The notes beneath the pieces were generated by a model. The model made no database searches. It saw only the letters and a list, made by a program, of their open reading frames with translations, and had not been told where the DNA came from. This document shows positions 27,599 to 42,319 of a DNA stretch of 64,000 nt, piece by piece. The stretch spans positions 48,546,001-48,610,000 of the forward strand of contig OX597816.1 in NCBI GenBank assembly GCA_951406725.2. The letters run 5' to 3'. The stretch's first letter is position 1, and every line of letters begins with the position of its first letter. This DNA comes from Octopus vulgaris (lineage: Eukaryota). Position numbers and translations under genes: made by a program.

Positions 27599-30500
27599 AC
27601 ACACACATATGTATATAAATTTATATATATATGTATATATATATATATATGTATGTATGTATATATACACACATATATACATATATATACATGCATTATA
27701 TCAATGTTTGTTTATTTTTAATGAAATGTTTTCTTTGTATATTTATATTTGTTTATAGATATATGTGTTTATATATATGTATACAATGGGTATATATGCC
27801 TGTGTGTGTAAATGTGTGCATTCACATATATTTATAACTATATATGTGTGTGTATGTGTGGGTGTATATATATATGTATAAGCTCATATATGTACATCTA
27901 AAAGTAGGAATAGTCTAAATATACAAATCTTTGTATGATACATAATTGTCTGTCTGTGCATATTGAGCCAAATTCATACTGCCTCTATTTGTTGTTTATG
28001 CATGTATATGTTTGTTTATTTATTTGCTTAACATTTTCTAAATATTAATTAAGTATTTAATACACCTTTATTTTTTTTGTTTATCTTGAGTAAAAAATAG
28101 TGTTTAAACTCTATGAAAAAAAAAAACAAAAGCAAAAAATATAAACATAACAAAACAAAAACATAATGGGAAAGATTTTTTAGTATTTTGTAGAATGTGT
28201 ATGTCTATTATGCAATTATCTATTTTATGTATATTCATATAGAAATACTTTTGTGATGTCATGTCATAATTTATTGTATAATTTGATATCATTTAATTGT
28301 TGAGTTACTGGATTATTTTGCTTTGGTGTATGTAAATTATATTTATTTCTGAAGGTTGCATCCCATCCACATTTGACATTATAAACCAAACTTAATGGTC
28401 ATTTTTTTTTTGTAAATTTCATTTTTCTTTTCCCTCACTTTTTTTCTATCATATTTTAAAATTTTATTGTGTTCCCCTTCCTTATTATTTTTCTCATACA
28501 CATGAAATTAGCACTACAAAATTGCACATAATTTTTCACTTCCCAATTGAGTACTAACAAATGTTCTGTCTTCAACAGAAGATTACAATGTTTTCATTTT
28601 CATAGTTTGTGTTATAGTTAAAAATTGTGTTGCATAAGCAAGATTTCTCCAAAAATATGCTATGAGCTTCCTTTTTTGGATTTAATCAATTTTTGTCTTT
28701 TATGTTCTTTCTTCTTTGTATCCAATATTTCAAATTAGTATCATTGACTTTTCTCTATTCTGAATTTGTTTTGATTTATATTATTTTTTAAACTTTTTTT
28801 TTTCTTACATACTTTTGTTTTCATTTTTATGTTTTTTGTCATCACTGTTTATTTGTAGTAGGAAGAATAAGCATTGTTATTGCAAGTAATACCATTCTTC
28901 TCTAATTTATTCTTCATTGTTGTTGATTCATTGTTTTTCTCTTCTCTTTACTGATGAGATGCTTGTGGTTTTCAGGTGTTTCTTTTTAAGACGGAACTAT
29001 GCTTTTACATAAGAAAAAAAAAATCCTATAAAAGAGTCTGTAAACTGGCTTCTTCAATTTTTAGATGTAGAGGCAATTGTGTACCGTTTTTTAACTATTA
29101 ATCATACAGTTATCAATGTGCTTTGATGTAAACATTAGCTGTAAGACATACTTAGTACTAAGTCAAAATTAATATGCATTTGCTTTTATAATTGTATTTT
29201 AGTGGTAGTAGTAATAGTAGTAGTAGTAGTCTTGTTTTTATGAATGTTAAAAATAAGCGAATCTATTTATTTGAATTGTAATTTTAAAAGAATTTCTGAA
29301 AGTTATATTTTTGTGATTATACAAAGATTGTGCAACTTGTTTTTTAAAATTCTTGCTATCTCTACTAAAATTCAGATTTTAGTTAAAATGTTTGACAAGG
29401 TAATATCTTTATACTTGTGACATATCTTATGATTTGAGGTATCTGTTGGAAATAGCTCGTCTGTGATCTTACTTTGTAGAGTGGCAGTTTGCAAAATAAA
29501 ATGGCAATCTTGGGAATATTTTTCGAGGCACGTAATATCATATAACGTTGAGGTTTGGGTTGTTTTTTAAGCAACATTTATTTCCTCAGATGAAGTCATC
29601 TTGCATTGAAGATAATTTCTTGCCTTTTTCTCATTATTTTATAGACTATTTCTGAAATACTCAAAGATAGTTTTAAATAGTTGCCCATGTTTATATAATT
29701 AGAAATATATTCTTGCTGTATTTAACTCACAACGATCTGATTCAGTGTATCACTCTTTGAAGAGAAAACAGATAACGTGTTAGAGAGGACTTATCTGGAT
29801 CTCACCACACCTTTATTAAAAATATAGATTTAAGTGAGAAATGTATTCACCATCTGCTTCTTAATTAGAAAAGTCAAATATGATGTTTCATTGCATCCCC
29901 TTCCCTCTTTCTCTCTGTCACAGCTTTACTGTAAAGATTGTCATGATTAGATTCATGTTCTCTTAGAATGAAATAACTAAAATTTTGCATTTCCAAATTT
30001 AATTGAAGAAATACTTTAACATGTCTATGATTTTTTTTTTTTTTTTTATTAATTCCAGGATAAATTAATTTAGAATTATTTTAGGTAGGTAATTTATGCT
30101 ATGAATTTCAAAAAGCTAATTCTCTCTCTCTCTGTGTGCTAGATTCTATATTAGTTTTTAGCTTTCTAATGATAGTAAATCTTTATAAAATAAATTTTTT
30201 GCTTTAATTTTCTTTATTATTCACAGTACAGGTGTATGAAGATTTACACACAGCTTAAAAACAAATTCTTTTATAAAGTATAATCTATGGGGAAATAATT
30301 ATTTAATGAATATATTTTCTTTGAGAAGATTATAAAATGAAAAAATCTAATTTTGTGAACTGTTCTACTTCAAACTTTCAAATGTGTTTTGAGTATAAGG
30401 AAGCAGTGAGAATATTAGCTCTATTGTATATTAGTTACATTCATCATTGTCATCTTAACGTTCACTTTTTCATGCCTGCATGGATCAGAGAAATTACATT

Positions 30501-31562
30501 GAGGCAGATATTCTCTGACCAGATGCTCTTCCTGTTGCCAACCTTCTCCTGTTTCTTAGTAATGTAATACTTTCCCTTCTCCTCTACCTCTGTCTTCAGG
30601 CCCTCAGACCTGAATGGCTCAATGGCTAGACATGCTTTCATGGAAGATTGCAAACAATCTCCACAGCTTGTATGAAAGTGATGTTTGTTTAAAATTCATG
30701 CACGATGTTGAGATGGAGAGATATGAGCATCTATGCACACACACACACGCGATATGTTCCTTTCAGTTTCTGTCTACCAAATCCACTCACAATGCTTTGA
30801 TGGGCCTAGAGCTGTGGTAGAAGAGACTTGCCCAAGGTGCTGCACTGTTTTTACTGAACCTGAAAAATCACATAGTTGCGACATGAACTCCTCAACCACA
30901 TGGCCATGCCTGTTTGCCAGCCATATGTTATGTAATCTCAGATGGATGTAGACACTAATAGTTCGAAGAACTATTTAGAATTATGCTGACCAACTAATTA
31001 ATTTAATAAGGAGTTTGAGTTTTAAATCAATTAACTTTTGAAACCAGTGTTCCAGCATGACCACAATAACAGAATTGAAGCCAATAAAAGAATAATGGGT
31101 AGAAACATGGCTATGTTGTTAAGAAGTTCATTTTGCTATCTTCTGGTTCTAGTTTCGATTCCTATGCATGGCACCTTTGGAATGTACTTTCTATCATAGT
31201 TTCATTTCAACCAAAGCTTTGTGAGTAAAATTTAGTGAGCAAGTAGGTGACAAAATCAATTGGGCATCAGCCAAAATACCTTGAATTATTTGGTGACACC
31301 CTTTTAGGTTCTAAGTTCAAATCTGACCCAAGTCAACTTTGCCTTTTCTCCCTTATGTGGTCAATAAAATAAATATTAACCAAAGTGTTAGGATTAACAT
31401 CACTGGTTGAATCCAGTGATTGAAACTAATAAAGAAGAGTGATGTGTTATCAAATAAGAAAACAGAGAGAAAGATACAGTATGAATTTAGGGGTAACTAA
31501 ACTTATATTACTTGGTTAAGACATTATCAGGATACAATCAGTCATTCTGTGACAGTATGTGA

Positions 31563-31792
31563 GGTGGCAAGCTAGCAGAGACGTTAGCACGCCGGGCGAA
31601 ATGCGTAGCCGTATTTCGTCTGCCATTACGTTCTGAGTTCAAATTCCGCCAAGGTCGACTTTGCCTTTCATCCTTTCGGGGTCGATAAATTAAGTACCAG
31701 TTACGCACTGGGGTCGATGTAATCGACTTAATCCGTTTGTCTGTCCTTGTTTGTCTCCTCTATGTTTAGCCCCTTGTGGGTAATAAACAGAT
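31563..31792 (+). mobile_element. SINE family B, young copy with 19-bp target-site duplication
   Basis: Flanked by attctgtgacagtatgtga (31544-31562) and attctgtgactgtatgtga (31793-31811). Confidence 0.9.
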
Positions 31793-34635
31793 ATTCTGTG
31801 ACTGTATGTGACCTTGGCATTAGGTTGTTGGATTTGCAATCATTAAAGCATGGGTTCAGTTCTTGGACCAGTGGTGCATTGCATCCTTGAGCAAGGTACT
31901 TTATTTCATGTTGCTTCAGTACATTCAGCTAATTTGCTTATCAGATTTTTTTTTTTTACCTCAACCATTTGAGCATGTCCTTTCGTGGCTGATAATATGG
32001 TCATCTCTGATCAGGAACAAGAGTAGCAGACGAGCATCATAGCCATGTGTCAAGATGGATTCTTTGGGGCTTGAATAAATATAACAAAAGCAAAGCTTGA
32101 AGGAAATATTAGCCGTTTTTCATACTTTCTAGGAGTAAACAAATAGGAAATAACAATTACTACCCAAGGACAAAACTCATGTCACACAGTGTAATCTAAA
32201 TAAGTTGTGGCCTTACGAGGCTGTTGGCTTGAGGCAGATTTTTGAAATTTTTGATCAGTCATTGCCATTCCTCATTAACCTATGTGCACATTCTTCCTTA
32301 GAATAATTTTCTAGCTAGTTGGTATGTCTAGACACAAAACAATGACAAACAAGCTAAATTTCATGTATATTCTGAAAACTTCAACATTACTCTAGCATAT
32401 CTATTATAAGTACAGGACTCTCCTTATGATTTGTTTTATTTTGTGTAGATCTACAAGTGCTTCGGTTGGCACCTTTATGGTTTCAACAGGAAATATATAA
32501 TTAATTTTCATATTTTCAGAATCAGTAATTCATATTAGTTTAATAAAATTTTTTTAGTATATCCCTGTTAGAAAATGCCTCTCACATTAATCTCTTCGCA
32601 ATATTCCATTTCAATTTCTGATACGTATAAAAATGCCCAACAAAATATCCAATTTCATTCTCTTTGTTGAAGAAGCCATAAAACCATCTCAGTTCATTAT
32701 GAATTCTAGGAAATGTTGGTACATGGAGCTTCAACAAATTAAATTTTAGGTTATTTTAAACAGACCTTTTTTTTTTTTTTGCACATTTCGACTCATTTCA
32801 CCACTAAATTTTAACTGCCATACTTTATATTTTGTCAATTTAGTGATATCTAAATTTGGTCTAGCTCATAGAACGTCACATGATGATAACTATGAAGTGT
32901 GGCAGTAAGAATTTTGTGACAAAAATAGCAACATTATTACAGTCTCACTGTTTCTGGAACTATTGTAACTCACACCAAAATAAACATGTGTTTACAAAAA
33001 AATATTGCATTTTGATATTGCCATACATTACACTATTTCAACTGTAATTTTGAGTCTGTTTTTTCCATTCTTACATAATCTGGAGTATACTTTTTTAATA
33101 CAATATTTTCAGGCTGTCTGCATGCTTATCTGTTTTAGCTTCTGATATTTAGTTCTTTAGGTTTGACCATTCTATTTCAGGTTTTATCAAATCATTTTCT
33201 ACAATCTCTTATAACTTCAGAGTTCAGTTTCCATTATTTAATTTACTTCAAATATTCTGTTCAATATGTCTCTAATAGATTCTTTTGATATTTTAACAAA
33301 GACTATCCTGAAATTTTGATTGTCTTTATTACAGCTTGATCCCATTACACATGCACACATGCATGCACACACACAGACACTCACGCACACACACATACAC
33401 ACACACACACATAAAGCTTTGTGTTCCACTGTTATAGAATCACCATGTTACATACTGTTTCATTTATTGTGTACGTATATGACATCACTGTATACACAGA
33501 CACAATACAGTTACTGTTAGAGATGTACTGTTGTAAAACATCACACTGCATACATATATAGGCACTACATTACCACTGCCTTTACTATCATACTACTGCA
33601 TTTGTACTGGTTTCAGAAAAAAATTCTTGATACAGGCACAATATCTGAAGGAAGATTTTCTTAAATTAAAAGTTATTGATTATATGAAGGCATGTTGACC
33701 TGAAGTTAGGATGTTGCACTCTTAATTGAAAGAATGTGGTTTCATTTCCTGAACTAGGCTGTGTGTTATGTTCTCAAGCAAAACACTTCATTTCATGTTG
33801 CTCCAGTCAACTCGGCTGAAAATGAGTAACCCTGTCTTAGAACTTCAGATAGCAAATAGGAGTTTTCTGTCCAATGTCTATATCCATGATTCTTTGTATG
33901 TTTTGATCTAAATGGTGGTGCTCCAACACGACCACAGCCTTTAGGCTGAAATACATGAAAAATAAAAGGAAAGGTCTTTAAAAAACTTGATACTGGGAAA
34001 TTTCAATTTGTTAAAAACTTTTCACTGTTTTTAGTTTTTCAAACACTTGTGTTGTAAGGTAATCTATATTAGATGTAGTTACTTTCAGTTGGTGTATCGA
34101 CGATTTGTGGTTTAGTTTTAGATTTAGAATTCTTATAAGGTATTCTCTTATTGCCTTTTGTAGTTGGTCATTTTGTTCTGATTTTTTTTTCAAAGGGAAT
34201 ATTTTGAAATTTCCATTTGCACGAATGTCTAGATGTTCACTCCATGCAACATTTCCATGAGATGAATCTTTGATTTGTTGCTTGTGTACCCTAAATTTGA
34301 CATATCAATCTTTATCCTATTTGGCTAATAAAAATATCTAAACAACTGATATAAGACTGGAATGGCACAAACAAAATCAAAAGCAGAACTTAATTTAATT
34401 GAAATAATTTTAGAAAAAATATCAAATCAACAGGCAATTCTTAGAAACAGTACAACTCTATACAGATTACTCCATAATAGGTGTGTTTGAAAAGCTGTAA
34501 AAAGTGAAAGCACCATATGAAAACTTCTTTCCTAAAAATCTTTGTTTTTTAAATATTTAAAAATATTTTTTATGTAATTGATAATTTTTAATTTAAGAAA
34601 ATCTTTGTTCAAATATATATGTATACACACACATT

Positions 34636-34670
<35 letters not shown>

Positions 34671-36232
34671 GCATATCTATAGGCATATGTATGTGTATGC
34701 ATATATTATGCATATATATACCTATAAATATATATGTATATATATACATACATCATATGTATCTATATGTACATATATGCATCTATATATACATGCTTGT
34801 ATATACATACATATATATGTATATATATATATACACACACGCATATATATACACACACACATACATATATACAAACATGTATATATATATATATATATAC
34901 CACACATATGTATTTGTACATACATACATGCATACACCTTATTACCTTTACTACCACAGTTGTATTGTAATAAAAACTCTATACATGTATATATATGACA
35001 TCACCACTACTCTTACTATTAGAATTTTATTGCTATAAGAAGCATTCTTTATACATATGTACATTAACACTACTACCATTACTGGGTTAGTTGTACAATT
35101 ACAAACCCCACTCTTTAATGTTGCCTGTATTTTTTTCAATTACTTTTTAAATGTGTGTTAATGTAGTGTGCATAAATATGCCCTACATATATTACATTCA
35201 TCGTCCCACATGTAGCATTATAATAAAAATAATTATATGTGCTTCATAGATATAATTTTAGTTGAAAACCTGAGTGTATTTCTTTGTCAATCAAAGAGAT
35301 AACAAGCAACATTTCTTTTAATTAAGTGTTTAATTGCTGAGATAGGAACATATTCTATTCCATATGCGTTTTGTTATGTCAGTGTATTTATTTTAATTCT
35401 TTTGTTGGTTTATGTCAGTGTATTAGTCTTAATTCTTTTGTTGGCTCTAGAATGAAAGTATGTTAGTCATAGTTCCTCCTGCTCCCCATGGAGGTTTGAA
35501 TGATGAAGGATCTCATCATCCAAACCCTTGTTATGAGGCTGTTCTCAGACTAGGCACCTGTCTTCCAGGTCCTCCTCTTTAGTCTTCATCCAGGTTTTGT
35601 CAGACCTTTAAGGAGAAAGTTAGCCATTCTAAAAAGAGGCATTTACATTGCAATATATGATTGGCTTTCCATCCATTTCCCCTTTTTGCTATTGTTCATC
35701 AATCCATTCTCTTAATTTCTATTGTTCTTCTGCAGAACCATTGTTGATCTTAGTGGAGTTTTAGTAATGTTCTGCAGACCCATTGTTGATGTTCGTTAGG
35801 AGGCTTTGGTATTCTTCTGCAAACCCATTGTTCTTTGTAGTGGTGTTTTGGTTCTCTTCAGCATACCCTCTGTTATATTTATAATGGAGTTTATGTATAT
35901 ATATTCATTCATTTGTTTATCCATATTGCTCTGCAGGTCTTTGCCTTCATGCAAATAAATGAAATCATCAACTCCCTATTTTGCTTGAACTGCAGTAGAT
36001 CAACATGGCCACAGTCAAATGACTGAAAGAAGTAAAAGAATAAACACACACACACACACACATACATGACAAACTTCTTTTAGTTTCCATCTACCAAATC
36101 CATCCCAAGGTTTGGCCAACTCTAAACCATAGTCAAAGACACTTGCCTGAGATTTGCACAGTGGAACTGAACCCAAGACCATGTGGTTGGGAGGCAAGCT
36201 TCTTAACACAGCTGTGCCTGCACCTATATAAT

Positions 36233-36285
<53 letters not shown>

Positions 36286-36291
<6 letters not shown>

Positions 36292-36545
36292 GGACAAGAA
36301 TGCAAAACATCCAGACAGTTAGGTGATATGAAAAAGGGGACAACAAAACATCCGGATAGACGATACAAAGATAACAAGGATGGGTCATTCGAAGTTGTCT
36401 TTCCTCAGAGATTATCTTTTCAATTTTGGCTGGTTATGCTCGAGATTGCTCCTTGTTTTCTTTGTATCATTGATCTGGATATTTTTATTGTCCCCTTTTT
36501 TGTATCACCTAACTGTCTGGATGTTTTGCATTCTTTCCCATTTTG
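36286..36545. mobile_element. Fold-back/MITE-like element inserted in (TA)n
   Basis: About 95-bp inverted arms (aaaatgggacaagaatgcaaaacatccagacagttaggtgata / tatcacctaactgtctggatgttttgcattctttcccatttt). A related half-copy lies at 58545-58675. Confidence 0.8.
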
Positions 36546-36586
36546 TATTTTATATATATATATATATAGTGGCATACGTACACTTT

Positions 36587-36661
<75 letters not shown>

Positions 36662-37060
36662 CAGTAAAATAGTAGTATAGAGTTTGTACTCATACTTATA
36701 TGTAGGTTTATATTTTTCCAATACTTTGTGACAGAAGAAAAAAAAAAGAAAAAAACTTTCTCGTCTTACTTTGTTGGTAGTTTACTACTACTTCCACTAA
36801 TGAAACTCGATTAGTTTAATCTTAGACTATTTTCGCAATCATTCTTCCAACAGTGTAATCTGGGAACAATTGATGAAATTGAAGTTTTCTAGTTTTATTG
36901 CTTGTTACTTTCTATTGTGAATAATACCCATGACTGTGAGTGTGTGTTTATAAGCACATATATATTTTTTCTCAATGGTATTTTAGCTCTCTTATTCATT
37001 TAATCGAGAGCATCTTGAAAATAATCTCTCTGTACGAGTCTAAGTTTTGCTTCTCCATTT

Positions 37061-37091
<31 letters not shown>

Positions 37092-39782
37092 TTATTATTA
37101 TTTCCTTTCTGCAGCAATTAAACTTGCGAAAGCACCATTCGCTATTTTGGTATTTACTGAAGCTTCGAATAGTGTAAACATAGAAACAATTTCTTACATT
37201 AGTTGATTGCTATGTAATGAGAGATTTTGTTCACATGTGTGTTATCTGATGTTTTGTTGTGGTCTTTGGCATTAACAACTATTACCAAATGACTAGATAT
37301 ACTGATAGTATCGACTGCTCCATCAATACTATGATTTAGTGAAAGAATTTTCAAACTTTCTGTCGCTGCAAAGAGAAGTGAACTATAATATATTCTACAC
37401 ATGAACTAGTAAGTGGCAGATGAATTAACGCCTCACAGGAGACTTTAACAGATTTAGGCTTCGGTACTGTTTTCATGGAGATTGCTTAATAAGCTACTTT
37501 TTCCTTCTGAGTAAATATTTTTCTTGTTAAACTTCTCTGCTTGGTCCAAAACCATCGTACATCACTATAGCTTTACCCAGAGACTGTAATTGATTGCAGT
37601 TCTATATTCTGCTAGTGTGAAATATTTCAGCTGCAAACATTTGAGATTAACTTTATCTCATTCAACCATTATAACTAATATATAATATCTGTCACCGCTA
37701 ATCTTGTATACTTTATTGCCAATTCTTTTCCGCTCTCTGTGTATCATTTCATTGCTAAGTTCTGTCTGTCTATGTCTAATATCAATAGCAGCAGCAGCAA
37801 CACCAGCTCATGCCAAATACCGAATTCTTCTATCAGTTAAGAGTCTTTCATGATATTTTACAATAAGTACCCAATAATCTAATTGTATTGAAATTGTAAA
37901 TGTTTCTTAAGAAAATATATAACTGACTGCAACTCCTGCTCCTTCCTCACCAAATCAGCTAATGTTTCTTAACTTACAGTATCAAGAATGTGATATGCGT
38001 TATGGTATTATTCACAGAATGAATGAAATATGTGGAGAATACAGTCTCTTGATATATGAATTCTAAAGATAGTATTTAAATTATTTCATATTTTATATTA
38101 CATTTTATAGATATAGATTTACAATATTGTTTAAATAATTAACTTATTGTTTAAATATTTAAGCAATATTTGAATTAATGACGATGTTATTTAGTAAGAA
38201 TCATGAATAACTACCGCCAGGTTTTTGTTTACCTTCTCAAGCCGAGACAAATTTTTATTCCTCGCAATTCTTTTTTCTTTTGCATTCGTCATTCAGTACT
38301 TCACCATCACTTTTGCATTCGTCATTCAGTACATCACCATCTACCTGAATTATCTAAAAGTGATGTCCATGAAGTTCATGACCCAATGTTAATTCCTAGT
38401 TCCTGGTTGAAGTTATTTCTCTCCATTTACATTGTTAACATCACTGGAGGGAAAACAAAAATTAATAAGTAGAACATCAAAAAACAATAATCTGAACAGC
38501 AGAAACCCGCCTCTTAGGCCTTTCCTGTTGTCAAATAAAATATAAGGTTTAATGTAAGGTATTGATGATATCGGAATTAACAATTCTCAAGTGGAGAATA
38601 TATTTGGTAGATTCATTAAAAAGCTGTTAGATAAACAATTTCAGTAATCAGGGAATAACAATATTTATTGACTTTTTGTCATAATACTTGAATGTGTCAT
38701 TTTTATCCCCTGATTTTTCAAATCATGACAGTTATTGTCTGAAGTAACAAGGCAGTTTTTTTCATTGCTGCTGCTGTTGTTATTGCTGTTATTATTAGTA
38801 AAATGTTAATAGAATTTAAACTGAGCTGTTTAGATGTGCTAGCAACTCTTTTGTTGAGTAAGTCTTATTTTTATTACATTCCCAAACCCAATATTGCATT
38901 TTTAGAAAGGGAAATAAATAAATAAATAAATAAATTAATGAAATAAAAAATAAAACACTATACATAAATGAAAACAAAACTGGAAATATTCTCTTATCAT
39001 AATATCTATTTTTGCAATACAACCAGCTTTCATACTTTGAATGAGCTACAAATATATTCATTTTATTTCGAAATATAATACACTGACTTGAGAAATTATC
39101 CGACCCCCTACTTCTTCCCCACTCTCACCCCCACCTGTCCCACTTTTCCACTTTCTATAATAATTTCTGGTTTCTCATGAATAATGCTCTGGCATTTCCA
39201 AACTGAATCAGTATACAATCTGTCACCCGTCTCCTGGGTTTACCAAAAAGCTTTTGATAAATAGCTCATAGTGAATAGATTCATTTCTACCTGAAGACAT
39301 TCTTGTAATATACTTAAACCAATGTAGCTAACTCTTGTCCATTTGCAAGGATACTGAAGATAATTATTAATATTCTACTGATGCTGAAAAATTGAATCTT
39401 AACATTTCTCTCTCAAAAGTTATTTATTTTAATTTCCAACTGAACAAACGAGTCAGATAAATGGAAGTTGGCATAACTAATAGACAGAGATGGTAAAGAT
39501 CAGCATCATATTTATTACCTTACAAGAAAATTATAAACTTAATAATAATAATAATAACAATAATAAGGATTTCAAATTTTGGCACAAGGCCAGCAATTTC
39601 AGGGAGAGGGTAAATTGATTACATTGACCCCCCAGTGCTCAACTGGTACTTATTTTGTCGACCCCCTGAAAGGATGAAAGGCAAAGTTGACTTCAGTGGA
39701 ATTTGAACTCAGAACGTGAAGACAAGTAAAATGCCACCAATCATTTTGCTCGACATGCTAATGATTCTGCCAGCTTGCCACC

Positions 39783-39850
<68 letters not shown>

Positions 39851-40566
39851 AAGTGCAAAAGATTGTCTTAACTGGTACATCACACGTATTGAGAAGAGCA
39901 TTGTCGATGTGAGAACTGTTGCTGCTCATGTATTTTAATATAACATAAAAAAAATTAAAAAAATGAACGAATTATTGAGTTTGGTTTAATGGCCTACCAA
40001 TGTATACTATGAGTTTCTTTGCTCTAGGAGTCGGGAAGACACTCGGCAAGAAATGGAAGCAAATTTGAAAGAAGAAAAATAAAGTAATAATAATAATAAT
40101 AATAATAATTATTATTATTATACTTTAAGTTTCAAATTTTGGCACAAGGCCAGCAAGTTTAGTGGGAGTGGGTAAGTCAATTACATCAACACCTGTGCTC
40201 AACTGGTGCTTATTTTATCGTCCCTGAGAAGATGAAAGACAAAGTTGACCTCTGCAGAATTTGAACTCAGAATGTAAGGACAAACGAAATGGTGTTAAAC
40301 ATTTTATCTGGCATACTGATGACTCTGCCAGCTGGCCACCTAAATAATAAGTTTCTACTAAAGGCACAAGGCCTGAAATTTGAGGGGAGGGGGACAATTC
40401 GATTACATCGACCCCAGTGCATAACTGGTACTTAATTTATTGACCCTGAAATGATGAAAGGCAAAGTCGACCTCGGCAGAATTTGAACTCAGAATGTAAG
40501 GATGAACGAAATGCCGCTACACATTTTGCCTGGCATGCTAACAGTTCTGCCAGCTCACCACCTTAA

Positions 40567-40788
40567 CCCTTTCATTACTGAATTTATTTTGAGATGCTCT
40601 GTGTTTCTTTCAATTACTTTAAATATAACAAAGAATTTAGTAAAATAACTTAGTTATCATTAAGCTAGTGTTAGGAACATAAATTGTGACTAATGGTTTG
40701 GTGGAAGATTTTAATTCAGAACGTTTGAAAACAAGACATTTGTACATCAGAGCCAGAGGCGGTTTCAGCCAGGTTGGTAACGAAAGGG
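40567..40788 (+). mobile_element. piggyBac-like MITE, second family
   Basis: ttaa|ccctttcattac ... gtaacgaaaggg|ttaa. A reverse copy lies at ~63320-63513. Confidence 0.75.
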
Positions 40789-41399
40789 TTAATAATAGTA
40801 ATAATAATAATTGTTTCTAATTTTGGCTCAAGACTAGCAATTTACTGAAATAGTGATAGGGTTAGGGTTAATTTTATCAATCCCAGTGCTTGACTGGTAC
40901 TCATTTTGTTGACCAATTCTGAAAGGATGAGTTTCTAAAATGTATAGAAAAGTTCAAAGTATTACTTTGGTCGAATGGTAGAACACCTGTCATGTGTACA
41001 GGAAATGTGGGTTGGAATCCCAGGGGCAGCTTTCAATTTTTTCTATCTAAAGGGTTTTGAAACGCAATATTTACACACTATTATTTATAGCTTTATCAGC
41101 TTCAAGGTAAACTTTCAGAAAGAAAAAAATGTGATTGTTTCAAATTTTGGCATAGGGCCAGTAGTTCTAGTGGGAATGGGGTTTGCTGATTACCCTGATC
41201 CCACCAATCATCAACTGGAACCTATTTTATCAACCCTGAGGAAATGAACAACAAATTCTACCTCGGTGGAATTTGAATTCAGGATATAAAGAATTGAAAA
41301 AAATACCACTAAGCATTTTTCCGAATGTGCTAACAATTCTGCTAGCTTACTTCCTTAATAATAATAATAATAATAATATGTATAATAATAATTTGCAAA

Positions 41400-42010
41400 A
41401 ACCTGAACCAGCCTCATGATAAAAACTGGCAGGAACACAAACCACCTCCAGTGCTTTAAAATGATCACATCTCACTCCTCTGGAACTTCATCGTTCAAGC
41501 TAACAGAAAGATAGATGTGAATAGGACAGGCATTGTATTGAAAGATTTCAGACAAAAACCATGCCTCCTCATTGATATGACTCTGTCCCAATCAATATAA
41601 ATGTTTTCTGTCAAGATCTACCAAAAACTGAGCAAGTATAAAGAGCTTGAAGTAGAAATTGGCAAAATGTGGAACCTCAAGTCTAAAACAATACCTTTTG
41701 TCATGAGTGCCCTGGGAATGAGAGCAAAAGGGGATTGATTCCTACCTAGCTCAAATACCAGGAAACCCCCAAATGGCAGAAATTCAAAAGATAGTGCTCA
41801 TGGGAACTGCCCATATCCTCTGTAAAGTACTAATTTTAAACCAAACCTGTAATTTTCTTGTTTTCTTAAACATTCTCTAGAACGAAACTATGTGCAAAAC
41901 CAAATATATGACACCTTGGGCATAACACCAACAGGAACTTGTTGTCTCTTGAGGTCTCTGAGTGAGACTTGGAGTCAGCTTGTACAAATACAAAGCAAAA
42001 GTCAAACATA
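41400..42010 (+). mobile_element. R4/Dong-like 3' fragment
   Basis: QKLSKYKELEVEIGKMWNLKSKTIPFVMSALG...EIQKIVLMGTAHIL, between (TAA)n tracts. Confidence 0.75.
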
Positions 42011-42018
42011 TGATGATG

Positions 42019-42072
<54 letters not shown>

Positions 42073-42288
42073 CTAATAATGATAATCCTTTCTACTAAAG
42101 GCACAAGGCCTGAAATTTGGGGAGGGGGTTAGTCGATTACATCTACCCTAGTGCTTAACTGGTGCTTCTTTTATTGACTCGGTAAGGATGAAAGACTAAG
42201 TTGACCTCAGTGGCATTTGAACTCCGAACATAAAGACAGATGAAATGCCGCTAAGCATTTTGCCTGGCATGCTAAAGGTTCTGCCAGC

Positions 42289-42319
<31 letters not shown>

